Shown piece after piece: positions 37,821-46,923 of a DNA stretch of 64,000 nucleotides. How positions within the stretch are numbered: position 1 is the first letter of the stretch; each line of letters starts with the position of its first letter. A program made the position numbers and the translations under genes. The notes beneath the pieces are model-generated. The model had not been told where the DNA came from. It was given only the letters and a program-made list of their open reading frames with translations, and did no database searches. The DNA is from Nostoc sp. GTDB taxonomy: Bacteria; Cyanobacteriota; Cyanobacteriia; Cyanobacteriales; Nostocaceae. The stretch is from assembly GCF_036917675.1 (NCBI RefSeq), contig NZ_JBALCT010000051.1, positions 17,675 to 81,674 of the forward strand, in the 5' to 3' direction.

Positions 37821-37855
37821 AAAAACGAAACCCGCCAGCGCGGGTTTTAATTTTC
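37821..37855. terminator. Bidirectional intrinsic terminator (AAACCCGC-CAG-GCGGGTTT with T-runs on both strands)
   Basis: aaaaacgaaacccgccagcgcgggttttaatttt, located 70 nt downstream of the PEP-CTERM gene stop. Confidence 0.7.
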
Positions 37856-37918
37856 AAGAGATTTTACGAGTCACCTTGAAAGGTTTAGTCCTACAAATTT
37901 TTGATGCGATCGCAGCAA

Positions 37919-38674
37919 TCAATGCTGCCTTTGTGTTTCATCAACGTGGCCGAATTTTTTCCGAGATATCAGGTATATCCCTAGCAGGAATAAACCCGCG
38001 ACTGTTGCAGGTTCGGGTACGGTTTTGATTTTGGCATAAATAGCTGTTGTAGTTGTGGCTCCTTCAAGAGCCTTAATACTTATCTGGCTAACATCTGGAT
38101 TAAAGCCAGTTAGCTCAAGCGTGTATTTATTGCCTTCAAAGGTAAAACTGTGATTACTCAAATTTGTGTCTATAAATACAAAGTCTGCACTTTTTTCAGG
38201 ATCTGTTGCTTCATTAAGTGTATTTTCTAGATGGAACTTGAAGTCAAACACTTCGCTGATTTCAGTGGGAAGGCTGAAGGATACATTGATATTTAAAGGT
38301 ACAAATTCAACGCTTGTACCTAGAAATACCGTTCCATTAAAGTAAGTTAAATCAGCTATTTTGAATGCAGAGTTAATGTCAGTTGAAAATGAACTTCCAT
38401 TAAAGGTTAGTTTATTTGAGCCTGTTATTCTACATCCACTAGGAGTATTTGGACTTGCTGGACACACATTATAATCACCCCAATTAAATGTGTTGCTTCC
38501 GACACCTGTATATATGGGATCAGTATCTATACTTCCTGGAGTAGGTTCTCCCCATGTAGCACTAGAGATACCAGAAAAAGTGAGAGCATTTGCTTGATTA
38601 GAGAAACCAAATCCTGCGATCGCACTCACAAAAAAACTAGATATAGCAGTAGCAAAAACCAAACTTAGTTTCAT
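37919..38674 (-). CDS. PEP-CTERM sorting-domain secreted protein
   Basis: N-terminal signal peptide. The C-terminal VPEPATVAGLFLLGIYLISRKKF is a PEP motif followed by a TM segment and a basic tail. Confidence 0.85.
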   Translation of the reverse strand: MKLSLVFATAISSFFVSAIAGFGFSNQANALTFSGISSATWGEPTPGSIDTDPIYTGVGSNTFNWGDYNVCPASPNTPSGCRITGSNKLTFNGSSFSTDINSAFKIADLTYFNGTVFLGTSVEFVPLNINVSFSLPTEISEVFDFKFHLENTLNEATDPEKSADFVFIDTNLSNHSFTFEGNKYTLELTGFNPDVSQISIKALEGATTTTAIYAKIKTVPEPATVAGLFLLGIYLISRKKFGHVDETQRQH

Positions 38675-38973
38675 AACTTAGGTTTCAATTCTCATCCTGG
38701 AGCTTCTCTCAATTAGATTTCCAGTCTACGTTAGTAAATTTACGGAAAATACGCCAATATTTTATTGTACTTTTTATAATATATATACAAAAATATCTTG
38801 ATGAAGAATTTATATTTATGAATCTGACTTTATGGGTTTTTCAAATATTTCACTACTTTATAATTGGTAAAACAGTAATTGCGACGCCGAATAGCCCGTC
38901 TTAGACATCGCTACCTTAGTTGGTTACCTGATTAATTGTCAAGTTGATATCAAGTTACTCCTTTCTGGTTACG

Positions 38974-41226
38974 TTATAACTTTGACAAAATCTTTGGCAA
39001 CAACTGACTAGGAACTTTAGATAAAGCCAGATTTTGTCCCTCTATCCCTAATTCATTATGAAAAGCACGAATAGTTTTCACCACATAAGTGAAGGTTGTT
39101 TGATAAGCCTCTGGTTGTTTACTTAATCCGTTTAAGGCTTGCAAATGGTTATCTAATGCTACTTCTAAGTGTTCAGAACGTGTTGCTTTGTCGCCATTAA
39201 AAGACTTATCTATTACTAGCTGATAATGGGCTAGTCCCAGATTATTATAAGAGGCAAACAAATCAAAACTTAAAGGAATACCGCTAAGTGAGTGAGCCAA
39301 GGCTATAGCTTCTTCATAAGCGCTGATACATAGTTGCAGATACTTTTGCCGTGCCTCTTTAGTTGTCTGAGATAGGTTTGCTAGATGCCAGTAGGCAGTA
39401 CCCAGATTATTTTGTGTAGCAGCACAGGCACTGGGAACATTAGCTGGAGTGCGATACTTAAGAGCTTCGCTATAAACATCTATCGCTAGCTGGAGATTTT
39501 GGGCAGGTTGTTCGTATTGTGCCAGATTCCAACAGGCAGTACCGATATTATTTTGAATCATGCCATATTTGAGCGGCTCCTCTTCGGGGTTGTAGTGTAG
39601 AAGTGCTTCGTTGTAAGCTGCGATCGCTTTCTTGAAATGCACAATCGGTTGATTGTATTGCCCTAGATGCCAGTAAGCAGTACCCAAATTATTCTGGCAA
39701 GCCGCATACTTTAATGAGTCCATATCGGCTGTACGATAGCTGAGTGCTTCACTGTAAGCTAAAACTGCTTGCTGCCAATTTTCAGATGGTTGAGAAAAAC
39801 GAGCTAAATCACCATAAGCTGCCCCCAAATTATTTTGCACACGAGCGTAAGTTTCCGAATGTGTCTGAGGCGAAATCATCTTTAATGCCAACTGATAAAA
39901 TTCTATTGCCTGCTCTATATAAGTTTGTCCCTCCTCAGAATTCGGTGGTGTGCGGTATAGCATCCAGTAGAGTGTACCCAAATCATTTAAGATATCTGGG
40001 AGTTGCGGTGAGCTTTCGTCATAGCTAATTGCCTCCTCATAGGCAATAATTGCCACCATCAGGTTTTCTAAAGTTGACTCTCTTTGCTCAATGCGAAGGC
40101 GGTATAAGCTGCCCAAGCGATGATAAGCTTCTGCCAGTACCTCCCCTGGAACTTGCTTTTGGTGTAATTCTTCAATCTCCAACAAAATCTGCTGCGGTTG
40201 TAAATAATTCTCTGTATCTTGAGCAATACTTGTGTTGATTGTTGCGATTACTAGCTCCGTTAACTCCCTACTAATATGAGATAAAGACGACAGCGATTGA
40301 TTATTACTCCCACTAGCAGACCTATTAGTAGATTCCTGCTGTTGTGGCGCAGTCTTCAATAAATCGACTGTTGACGGCGAAGCTTCCTGAGTTTCGTGTA
40401 CTTGTGTTTCTGCCAGAAAATCGGAATTATTTTCAAACTTTAACTCGCTGGCTGCGGTTCTGAGTTCTGCTTGGGTAACTGATTCATCTAGAATCGACTG
40501 CTCAACATTCCCTAAATCCAAGCTTCCAGAACGTGAAAAACGTTCTGGATAGCCCGAATTCTGAGTCGCTGGTGTGGGTTCTCCGGCAAACGCAAATAGG
40601 CCAGTACGGCAACGCCAAAACTGTGGTGCTGATTGCTTGATAGCAGATAGCCAAGGACGCGGTATCCACAGCAGCAAGTTAGATTCTAGAAATCGGCTAG
40701 ATTCTTGTGTAGAGAAATATTGTTCGCTTAAGCGGAGGTAGTGCAAAAATAACCGTTGTGTTGCCACTGGTTGCTTAGTTAGCTGCTCCACGCCGACAAT
40801 TTGAAATGCTGGTATTGGAAAAGGTCTTCCTGGAGTATCTTTTGAAGCTCCAACAATTGGCGGTGGATAATTTGCCAACCATTGATTTATCTGAACGATG
40901 GGATTGGGATCGTTTAAATTCAAACGCAACGTCACTAATCGCGGATAAGCTGGAGTGCTATTTTCCTGGGAATTTGATGACTGATATAGCACTTGTCCAA
41001 CAGGATAAGCCAATGTAGAATGCAAACGGGCTGCTACTTGGTTTCTTAAGTGTAAATCATCACATACAGCTAAAAAAAGTTGTCGTCGTAAGCCAAGACT
41101 TAGGGCAAGTTTCAGGCGCTGGTATACTTGCCGATTCCAAGCAAAATTATCGTTGTGTGCAGTATCATTCACGCTCATGGCGGCTAAAGAGCCAAAACAC
41201 AGTAGATATAACCTTTCTGGGCGCAT
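38974..41226 (-). CDS. Tetratricopeptide-repeat protein with ~230-aa N-terminal domain of unknown function and a Ser/Gln-rich linker
   Basis: The C-terminal half has repeated NNLG.AYW.LG....A...Y.EAL TPR units. ATG at 41226 (the ORF track opens one codon earlier with TTG). Confidence 0.85.
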   Translation of the reverse strand: MRPERLYLLCFGSLAAMSVNDTAHNDNFAWNRQVYQRLKLALSLGLRRQLFLAVCDDLHLRNQVAARLHSTLAYPVGQVLYQSSNSQENSTPAYPRLVTLRLNLNDPNPIVQINQWLANYPPPIVGASKDTPGRPFPIPAFQIVGVEQLTKQPVATQRLFLHYLRLSEQYFSTQESSRFLESNLLLWIPRPWLSAIKQSAPQFWRCRTGLFAFAGEPTPATQNSGYPERFSRSGSLDLGNVEQSILDESVTQAELRTAASELKFENNSDFLAETQVHETQEASPSTVDLLKTAPQQQESTNRSASGSNNQSLSSLSHISRELTELVIATINTSIAQDTENYLQPQQILLEIEELHQKQVPGEVLAEAYHRLGSLYRLRIEQRESTLENLMVAIIAYEEAISYDESSPQLPDILNDLGTLYWMLYRTPPNSEEGQTYIEQAIEFYQLALKMISPQTHSETYARVQNNLGAAYGDLARFSQPSENWQQAVLAYSEALSYRTADMDSLKYAACQNNLGTAYWHLGQYNQPIVHFKKAIAAYNEALLHYNPEEEPLKYGMIQNNIGTACWNLAQYEQPAQNLQLAIDVYSEALKYRTPANVPSACAATQNNLGTAYWHLANLSQTTKEARQKYLQLCISAYEEAIALAHSLSGIPLSFDLFASYNNLGLAHYQLVIDKSFNGDKATRSEHLEVALDNHLQALNGLSKQPEAYQTTFTYVVKTIRAFHNELGIEGQNLALSKVPSQLLPKILSKL

Positions 41227-41357
41227 CAAAGTGGGCTAAACTCATAATAAAAATGATTTTTAAGTGGATGTTATGCGGCTTAGGATAAATTGAGCCTTCA
41301 GGTCTATAAAAATAAAAAAGTATATAATTATACTTTAATCGCTAACTCAATTTTAGC

Positions 41358-41398
41358 AAAAAATAAAAAAGCAGGCCCCTCTTAAAATCGGAACCTGA
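41358..41398 (-). terminator. Candidate intrinsic terminator after the 59-aa small ORF
   Basis: On the minus strand CAGGTTCC..GGGGCCTG forms a stem (with G-U pairs), followed by CTTTTTTATTTTTT. Confidence 0.5.
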
Positions 41399-41443
41399 AA
41401 AACTAAACTATAAAAGATAAAATTTTATTAAGATGTTTTATGC

Positions 41444-41623
41444 TCAACTAATCTTAGAAACAAAGAAGGCGACTAGAATCAAGCCAGCAACCATAGCTGT
41501 AGCGGCGATTCCTAAGAAAAGATAAGTTCGTTTTTGCCCTTCCGTGGGAGGTTCTGCTTGATAAATCTTTGGTTCCCGGGCAAAATTATTTAAAAGGCCG
41601 CCTTCTTCATTGGTATAGGGCAT
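41444..41623 (-). CDS. 59-aa single-TM protein, Psb34-like (below the ORF-track cutoff)
   Basis: MPYTNEEGGLLNNFAREPKIYQAEPPTEGQKRTYLFLGIAATAMVAGLILVAFFVSKIS. AGGAA lies upstream of the ATG and a terminator lies downstream. The resemblance to the PSII assembly factor Psb34 is from memory. Confidence 0.55.
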   Translation of the reverse strand: MPYTNEEGGLLNNFAREPKIYQAEPPTEGQKRTYLFLGIAATAMVAGLILVAFFVSKIS

Positions 41624-41710
41624 GAATTAATTCCTTTATCTTTATCGTTCATTTAATGTTACATAAATGCTAAATCCGCTCTGAAACTGCTAGACAAATC
41701 GTTACATTTA

Positions 41711-41821
41711 GGGATTGGGCATTGGGCATTGGGCATTGGGCATTGGGCATTGGGCATTGGGCATTGGGCATTGGGCATTGGGCATTGGGCATTGGGCATT
41801 GGGCATTGGGCATTAGGCATT
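41711..41821. repeat. GGGCATT heptamer tandem array: 14 perfect units plus 2 degenerate flanking units
   Basis: Perfect period-7 register from 41717 to 41814. Confidence 0.97.
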
Positions 41822-41831
41822 GCCCCATTTC

Positions 41832-43805
41832 CTAACTAGTAATTGTCCCAGTCAGAGGAGAACTAGGACTGGCGTAATCTTTGATGGGCATCCTACCAGC
41901 AAGGTATGCTAGACGGCCGGCGACTGTTGCTAAATTCATGGCACGAGCCATTGCTGCTGGGTTTGGAGAAAGAGCGATCGCACTATTAATCAACAAGGCA
42001 TCTGCTCCCAATTCCATTGCTTGGGCGGCTTCTGAGGGTGAACCAATACCAGCATCTACCACCACTGGCACACCTGCATTTTCGATGATGATTTGGATGT
42101 TAGCAGTTGTTTTCAGCCCTTGTCCAGATCCAATTGGCGATGCCAAAGGCATGACTGTCGCACAACCTACATCTTCTAAGCGCTTGGCTAACATGGGGTC
42201 AGCGTTGATATAGGGCAATACTGCAAAGCCTTCTTTAACTAGTTGTTCTGCTGCTTGCAGCGTCCCAATCGGGTCTGGGAGTAAATACTTAAGGTCAGGT
42301 ATTACTTCTAACTTTACGAAGTTATTATCTTCCTGTCCTAACAATTTCGCCATTTCTCGCCCCAAACGCGCTACCCGAATCGCCTCTTCAGCAGTTTGAC
42401 AACCTGCGGTATTGGGTAACATCCAAATTTTCGTCCAATCTAAGGCTTCAGCTAAACCTTCATGTCCAGGAGCTTTGGTTTGTACCCGTCGTACTGCTAC
42501 GGTGACAATCTGGCAATCGCTGGCGGCGATGCTTTGCTGCATTTCCTCAATGCTGCGATACTTACCAGTTCCAGTCATCAAGCGTGATTGGAAAGTTTTG
42601 CCAGCAATAATCAGTGGGGAGTGTTGGGGAGATATAGCAGGATGATGCCCGTTGGAGAAATTGGCAGAGTGAGTCAGCATTGGGATGGAGGTAGATGGCT
42701 TGGACTGGAAGCGTGAATAGTGAAAATCAGCAAGTAGGGGGTCAGATTTTTGTTGCAAGATTAAATCGGCAATCAATGCGGCTGTTACGGGTGCAAGTAG
42801 AATCCCATTGCGGTAATGACCAGTAGCAAGGGTTAAATTTTGACAATGGCTTGTGCCAAGGATGGGTAACTCATCAGGGGTGGCTGGACGAAATCCCCAC
42901 CAGAATTCCTGGATGGGATAATTCTTTAGTTGGGGATATAGCCGGATGGCAGCTTGTAATAATGTTTGAATGCCTTCTGGGGTGTTGTCGGGGATGAAGC
43001 CAACGTCTTCGCTTGTTGCCCCAATAACGAGGCGATCGCGTCTTGGTACGATGTAAATATCTTGTCCGAACAAAACCCGCTTTAAGGGCAATTCTGGTAC
43101 AAATTCTGGTATCCGCACACTCAGCATTTGTCCTTTTCTGGGGCGGACGGGTAGTGGTAATAACTCATTTGACCAAGCACCTGAAGCTAAAACATAGTGC
43201 GCGGCGCGAATTATTCCAGCATTGGTTTGTACGCCAACCACTTGTCCTTGCTGCTGTAAAAACGCTTCTGCTGTAATAGCGTCTTTGAGTTCAACACCAA
43301 CAGACTCAGCCGCCGTCCACAATACATGAGCTAGAGCCTTATTATCAACTTGCGCGTCTTCAGGATACCACCAGCCACCAACTACCTCTGCTCCCAATCC
43401 TGGCTGATATTGATGAATTGCCTCTTTGTTTAACCAGTAAGCCGGGGATGAGGGGGGAGTGGGAGGAGTTTTTCCAATGTCCAATGCGCCATACCCCATG
43501 CCCCTCTCTTCTTCAAAGACGGGTGCGAGGATACCGCAAGGCCGATACCCAGTATTTAAGCCAGTTATTTCTTCTAATTTGCGCGTCCAGTCGGGATATA
43601 AAGCACGCGATCGCCAACACAAGGAACGCATTGCCCCATTTGGGATGTTTTCCGCATCTGGTGCCAACATTCCGGCGGCGGCGTGGGTAGCGGCAGCCTG
43701 GAAGTCACGACAAATCACGGTAACACCTGTCCCGCGCAGTTTTAGTTCAATGGCGATCGCTAAACCAATAACGCCGCCACCAATAATTACAATCTCACTA
43801 GTCAT
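41832..43805 (-). CDS. thiG: Bifunctional glycine oxidase ThiO / thiazole synthase ThiG fusion
   Basis: The N-terminus [22 protein letters not shown] is an FAD dinucleotide fold (ThiO-like, ~370 aa). The C-terminal ~260 aa reads [19 protein letters not shown]...[12 protein letters not shown]...[25 protein letters not shown], which is ThiG. Confidence 0.9.
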   Translation of the reverse strand: MTSEIVIIGGGVIGLAIAIELKLRGTGVTVICRDFQAAATHAAAGMLAPDAENIPNGAMRSLCWRSRALYPDWTRKLEEITGLNTGYRPCGILAPVFEEERGMGYGALDIGKTPPTPPSSPAYWLNKEAIHQYQPGLGAEVVGGWWYPEDAQVDNKALAHVLWTAAESVGVELKDAITAEAFLQQQGQVVGVQTNAGIIRAAHYVLASGAWSNELLPLPVRPRKGQMLSVRIPEFVPELPLKRVLFGQDIYIVPRRDRLVIGATSEDVGFIPDNTPEGIQTLLQAAIRLYPQLKNYPIQEFWWGFRPATPDELPILGTSHCQNLTLATGHYRNGILLAPVTAALIADLILQQKSDPLLADFHYSRFQSKPSTSIPMLTHSANFSNGHHPAISPQHSPLIIAGKTFQSRLMTGTGKYRSIEEMQQSIAASDCQIVTVAVRRVQTKAPGHEGLAEALDWTKIWMLPNTAGCQTAEEAIRVARLGREMAKLLGQEDNNFVKLEVIPDLKYLLPDPIGTLQAAEQLVKEGFAVLPYINADPMLAKRLEDVGCATVMPLASPIGSGQGLKTTANIQIIIENAGVPVVVDAGIGSPSEAAQAMELGADALLINSAIALSPNPAAMARAMNLATVAGRLAYLAGRMPIKDYASPSSPLTGTITS

Positions 43806-43868
43806 TAGTCATTGGTCATTAGTCATTAGTCATTAGTACATAACTTATAACTTATAACTCGTAACTAA
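43799..43868. repeat. TAGTCAT (STRR2-type) array of 6 units followed by a TAACTTA array of 4 units. The thiO-thiG start codon lies inside the first array
   Basis: tagtcattagtcattggtcattagtcattagtcattagtaca taacttataacttataactcgtaacta. Confidence 0.9.
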
Positions 43869-43882
43869 AAACGGATCTATCG

Positions 43883-44281
43883 TTACCACAAGGCGCGAAT
43901 TGGTTCGTTGCCTTGATTTGTATTGCTGGATGGCGTGTCTGTTCCTGAGGTATCTGTACTGCCATCTGTTGTACTGTCAGCAGGTGATGTTGAGTCATCG
44001 CTAGGATTCTGGGCAACGCTACTTCTCTTGTCAAGTCTTGGGGCTACAATACTGCGTCTGGTCTGGTTTGTTTGAGTTGTTTCATTTCCTTCAGTTGCAG
44101 TTTCATCATTCTTGCTGCCAGCACTGCTATTAACATTGATATTCGCTGGCAGGACTTGTGATTTTTTGTCACCGGGAGCGTTAGCGCTTTGTACGCCCAT
44201 TGGAAAGTTGATGCCCAGTAATGTACCAAGCAGAATGGCCAAACCTCCAGCCATTAAAATTAAGGGTGTCCATCTACCCAT
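43883..44281 (-). CDS. Membrane-anchored low-complexity (Ser/Thr/Asn-rich) hypothetical protein
   Basis: N-terminal TM (WTPLILMAGGLAILLGTLLG) followed by a polar low-complexity region. 132 aa. Confidence 0.55.
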   Translation of the reverse strand: MGRWTPLILMAGGLAILLGTLLGINFPMGVQSANAPGDKKSQVLPANINVNSSAGSKNDETATEGNETTQTNQTRRSIVAPRLDKRSSVAQNPSDDSTSPADSTTDGSTDTSGTDTPSSNTNQGNEPIRALW

Positions 44282-44608
44282 CTTGTCTTAACTCCTTTTT
44301 AACCTTTTGGTGTCCACACTATTCGAGAACCTTGTCCCCAAAATCCATCAAACTTTGTCACTTTCACATCGCCTAAAACTAGAGTTTGATAGGCTAAACG
44401 TATGTCTGTTGTAGGAGAATGGGGAGGAAGCGAATGCGCTTAGGCGAACGCCGTGCTCGATCACGCCAATTCGCTGCTGATACTTTGCTCTGCTACATAA
44501 ACTCTTGACATCCTTAGACATCCTTAGTTTATTTGACGTTTCATCGGGTGGAGTCGGCTCCAGAACCCTCCGCGCCCAGACAGGGTAAAGCAAAGCTGTG
44601 TTTAATCT

Positions 44609-44785
44609 CTAGTGTCCTAGTTTCTTTACCTTAACCGTACAGATACCGCAACTGCCAATGCCGCGAAAGATTATTACCTTAGCACCGTCATTGTAGAGGT
44701 GAATACCATTTTGCAGCAAAACTTTTCCAAGATTGCTTCTCTGTCCGCACTCAATTGTTTTACCTTGATCTAGTATTTTAGGCAT
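44609..44785 (-). pseudogene. Degenerate small 2Fe-2S ferredoxin-like gene (one ligand Cys lost, in-frame TAG)
   Basis: MPKILDQGKTIECGQRSNLGKVLLQNGIHLYNDGAKVIIFRGIGSCGICTVKVKKLGH-TAG. As I recall the family, it reads ..AKVINCRGIGSCGTCAV..LACQ. Here the NCRG Cys is Phe, and the ORF 44348..44593 continues in the same frame after the TAG without a recognisable LACQ. Confidence 0.4.
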
Positions 44786-44860
44786 TTTTAAATTGCCAAA
44801 CTGGCAATTTGTTGTATATTGACACATTGCCTCGAAAGTTGTATAGTCGGTCCCAGTTTT

Positions 44861-46597
44861 ATGACCACAAATTCCTCGCCTCAACTTTGGCTCTATGACA
44901 CTACACTACGGGATGGCACTCAGCGCGAGGGGCTATCAGTATCGATAGAAGATAAGTTACGCATTGCCAAGAGACTCGATCAACTAGGAATTCCCTTCAT
45001 TGAAGGCGGTTGGCCTGGTGCTAATCCCAAGGATGTACAATTTTTCTGGCAACTCCAAGAAAATCCGCTAAAACAAGCTGAAATTGTGGCTTTCTGTTCG
45101 ACTCGCCGCCCCAACACCACTGCCGCAACTGAACCGATGCTACAGGATATTTTGGCTGCGGGAACTCGCTGGGTAACGATTTTTGGCAAGTCTTGGGATT
45201 TACACGTTACAACCGGACTCAAAACGACATTAGAAGAAAATTTGGCGATGATTAGGGACACAATTGAGTATCTCCGTTCTCAAGGGCGTCGGATTATCTA
45301 CGATGCCGAACATTGGTTTGATGGCTATAAGCACAATCGAGATTATGCTTTACAGACATTAGAGGCGGCGATCGCATCTGGTGCTGAATGGCTAGTCCTC
45401 TGTGATACCAATGGCGGCACTTTACCCCACGAAATTAGCCAAATTGTGCAAGATGTGGTAAGGGTGACTGGGGAATGGGGCATGGGGCATGGGGCATGGG
45501 GCATGGGCAAAGAATCTACCCGATCACCAATGACGCCAATTGCTTCAACGGAGGGAACCTCCGCAACGCACTGGCTCCCCAATGCCCAATCCCCAATGCC
45601 CCAAATTGGAATTCATACTCATAACGATTCGGAAATGGCGGTTGCTAACGCAATAGCTGCCGTGATGGCAGGGGCAAAGATGGTACAGGGGACAATTAAT
45701 GGTTACGGTGAACGTTGCGGTAATGCTAACCTCTGTTCGTTAATTCCCAATTTACAACTGAAGGCGGGTTACAGTTGTATCACAGAAGACCAGCTCACAC
45801 AACTTACAGAAGCTAGTCGTTTTGTCAGTGAGGTGGTCAACCTTGCACCAGATGAACACGCCCCCTTTGTGGGACGTTCAGCTTTTGCCCACAAGGGCGG
45901 TATTCATGTATCAGCCGTAGAACGTAATCCCCTAACTTACGAACACATTCAGCCGGAACAAGTCGGGAATTCTCGCCGCATTGTGATTTCGGAACAGTCT
46001 GGACTCAGCAATGTTTTAGCCAAAGCCCGTAGTTTTGGCATTGAACTCGATCAACAAAAGGCAGAGGCCAGGGAAATTCTCCAGCGTCTCAAAGATTTGG
46101 AGAGTGAAGGATTTCAATTTGAAGCAGCAGAGGCAAGTTTTGTATTGTTGATGCACGAAGCTTTGGGAGATCGTCAGCAGTTTTTTGAAGTCAAAGGTTT
46201 CCAAGTCCACTGTGACTTGATTGAGGGGAAGGAAACTAGCAATGCCCTAGCTACAGTCAAAGTCGCTGTTGAGGGGAAAAATATTTTGGAGGCGGCGGAA
46301 GGTAACGGTCCGGTGGCAGCTTTGGATGCGGCTTTACGCAAGGCTTTGGTGAACTTTTATCCCCAAATAGCAAGCTTTGATTTGACAGATTACAAAGTGC
46401 GGATTCTCAACGGACATACGGGCACTGCGGCAAAAACCCGTGTGTTGGTGGAATCAGGCAATGGCCATCAACGCTGGACGACGGTAGGAGTTTCTACCAA
46501 TATTTTGGCGGCTTCCTATCAAGCGGTGGTGGAAGGATTGGAATACGGTTTGTTGTTGCAATCCCAAGGGTCAGCAGCTTTGAAAGCTTCTGGTTGA
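44861..46597 (+). CDS. cimA: (R)-citramalate synthase (LeuA/CimA family), carrying a ~46-codon in-frame repeat insertion
   Basis: LWLYDTTLRDGTQREGLSVSIEDKLRIAKRLDQLGIPFIEGGWPGANPKD, IGIHTHNDSEMAVANAIAAV and a C-terminal LeuA-dimer/regulatory domain. ATG at 44861 is preferred over the ORF start at 44819. Confidence 0.9.
   Translation: MTTNSSPQLWLYDTTLRDGTQREGLSVSIEDKLRIAKRLDQLGIPFIEGGWPGANPKDVQFFWQLQENPLKQAEIVAFCSTRRPNTTAATEPMLQDILAAGTRWVTIFGKSWDLHVTTGLKTTLEENLAMIRDTIEYLRSQGRRIIYDAEHWFDGYKHNRDYALQTLEAAIASGAEWLVLCDTNGGTLPHEISQIVQDVVRVTGEWGMGHGAWGMGKESTRSPMTPIASTEGTSATHWLPNAQSPMPQIGIHTHNDSEMAVANAIAAVMAGAKMVQGTINGYGERCGNANLCSLIPNLQLKAGYSCITEDQLTQLTEASRFVSEVVNLAPDEHAPFVGRSAFAHKGGIHVSAVERNPLTYEHIQPEQVGNSRRIVISEQSGLSNVLAKARSFGIELDQQKAEAREILQRLKDLESEGFQFEAAEASFVLLMHEALGDRQQFFEVKGFQVHCDLIEGKETSNALATVKVAVEGKNILEAAEGNGPVAALDAALRKALVNFYPQIASFDLTDYKVRILNGHTGTAAKTRVLVESGNGHQRWTTVGVSTNILAASYQAVVEGLEYGLLLQSQGSAALKASG
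45470..45602. mobile_element. Small dispersed-repeat insertion inside cimA: GGGGCAT array, core related to the 56326 MITE, then an inverted CCCCAAT/GCCCAAT array
   Basis: The reverse-complement core AGCCAGTGCGTTGCGG..AGGTTCCCTCCGTTGAAGCAATTGGCGT matches 56366..56381 and 56439..56467. It is translated as GEWGMGHGAWGMGKESTRSPMTPIASTEGTSATHWLPNAQSPMPQ. Confidence 0.7.
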
Positions 46598-46642
46598 CAA
46601 AAATCACTATGTAGTGTAATGAAATTTTAGGCTTTTCGTTGA

Positions 46643-46666
46643 GATGGGAGGCGATCGCCTCCCATC
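46643..46666 (+). terminator. HIP1-centred perfect hairpin downstream of cimA (GATGGGAGGCGATCGCCTCCCATC)
   Basis: 24-nt perfect palindrome 46 nt after the stop codon. No clear T-run. Confidence 0.4.
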
Positions 46667-46790
46667 ATCGTGCAACACTTTTGTGCGATCGTGGCTCAAG
46701 GTCAATTAGCGTTACAAATATTTTTTAGCAGCCAGAAAACTGAATATAGGATATTTAAACAATTACTTTTACCTTTTACCTTTTGCCTGA

Positions 46791-46900
46791 CTAGTACGGC
46801 ACGGCATAAATAAACCACCCATTCCAAATCAATGAAACCCTTACGCTGTATACCTGTTTGAATTTTGAATGCGTGAATTTTGAATTCACGGCGGTACTAG
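46791..46900 (-). mobile_element. 110-bp MITE-like element (copy B, inverted relative to 2008..2118)
   Basis: The ends are CTAGTACGGCACGGC and CACGGCGGTACTAG. The shared core is TAAATAAACCACCCATTCCAAATC, with internal TTGAATT heptamers. Confidence 0.6.
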
Positions 46901-46923
46901 CGCCCAGTGCTGATATGGTTAAG

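Noticed and set aside
38974-41226. TPR protein as the detached sensor partner of the HTH-NACHT protein
   Set aside because: The two genes are separated by an independently terminated PEP-CTERM gene and a repeat-rich spacer. Nothing in the sequence links them, so the idea is pure speculation.
41711-41821. Possible CRISPR array (also considered for the other regular repeat blocks)
   Set aside because: The period is 7 nt with no spacers. These are STRR-type microsatellites. No cas genes and no 25-40 nt repeat/spacer alternation occur anywhere in the window.
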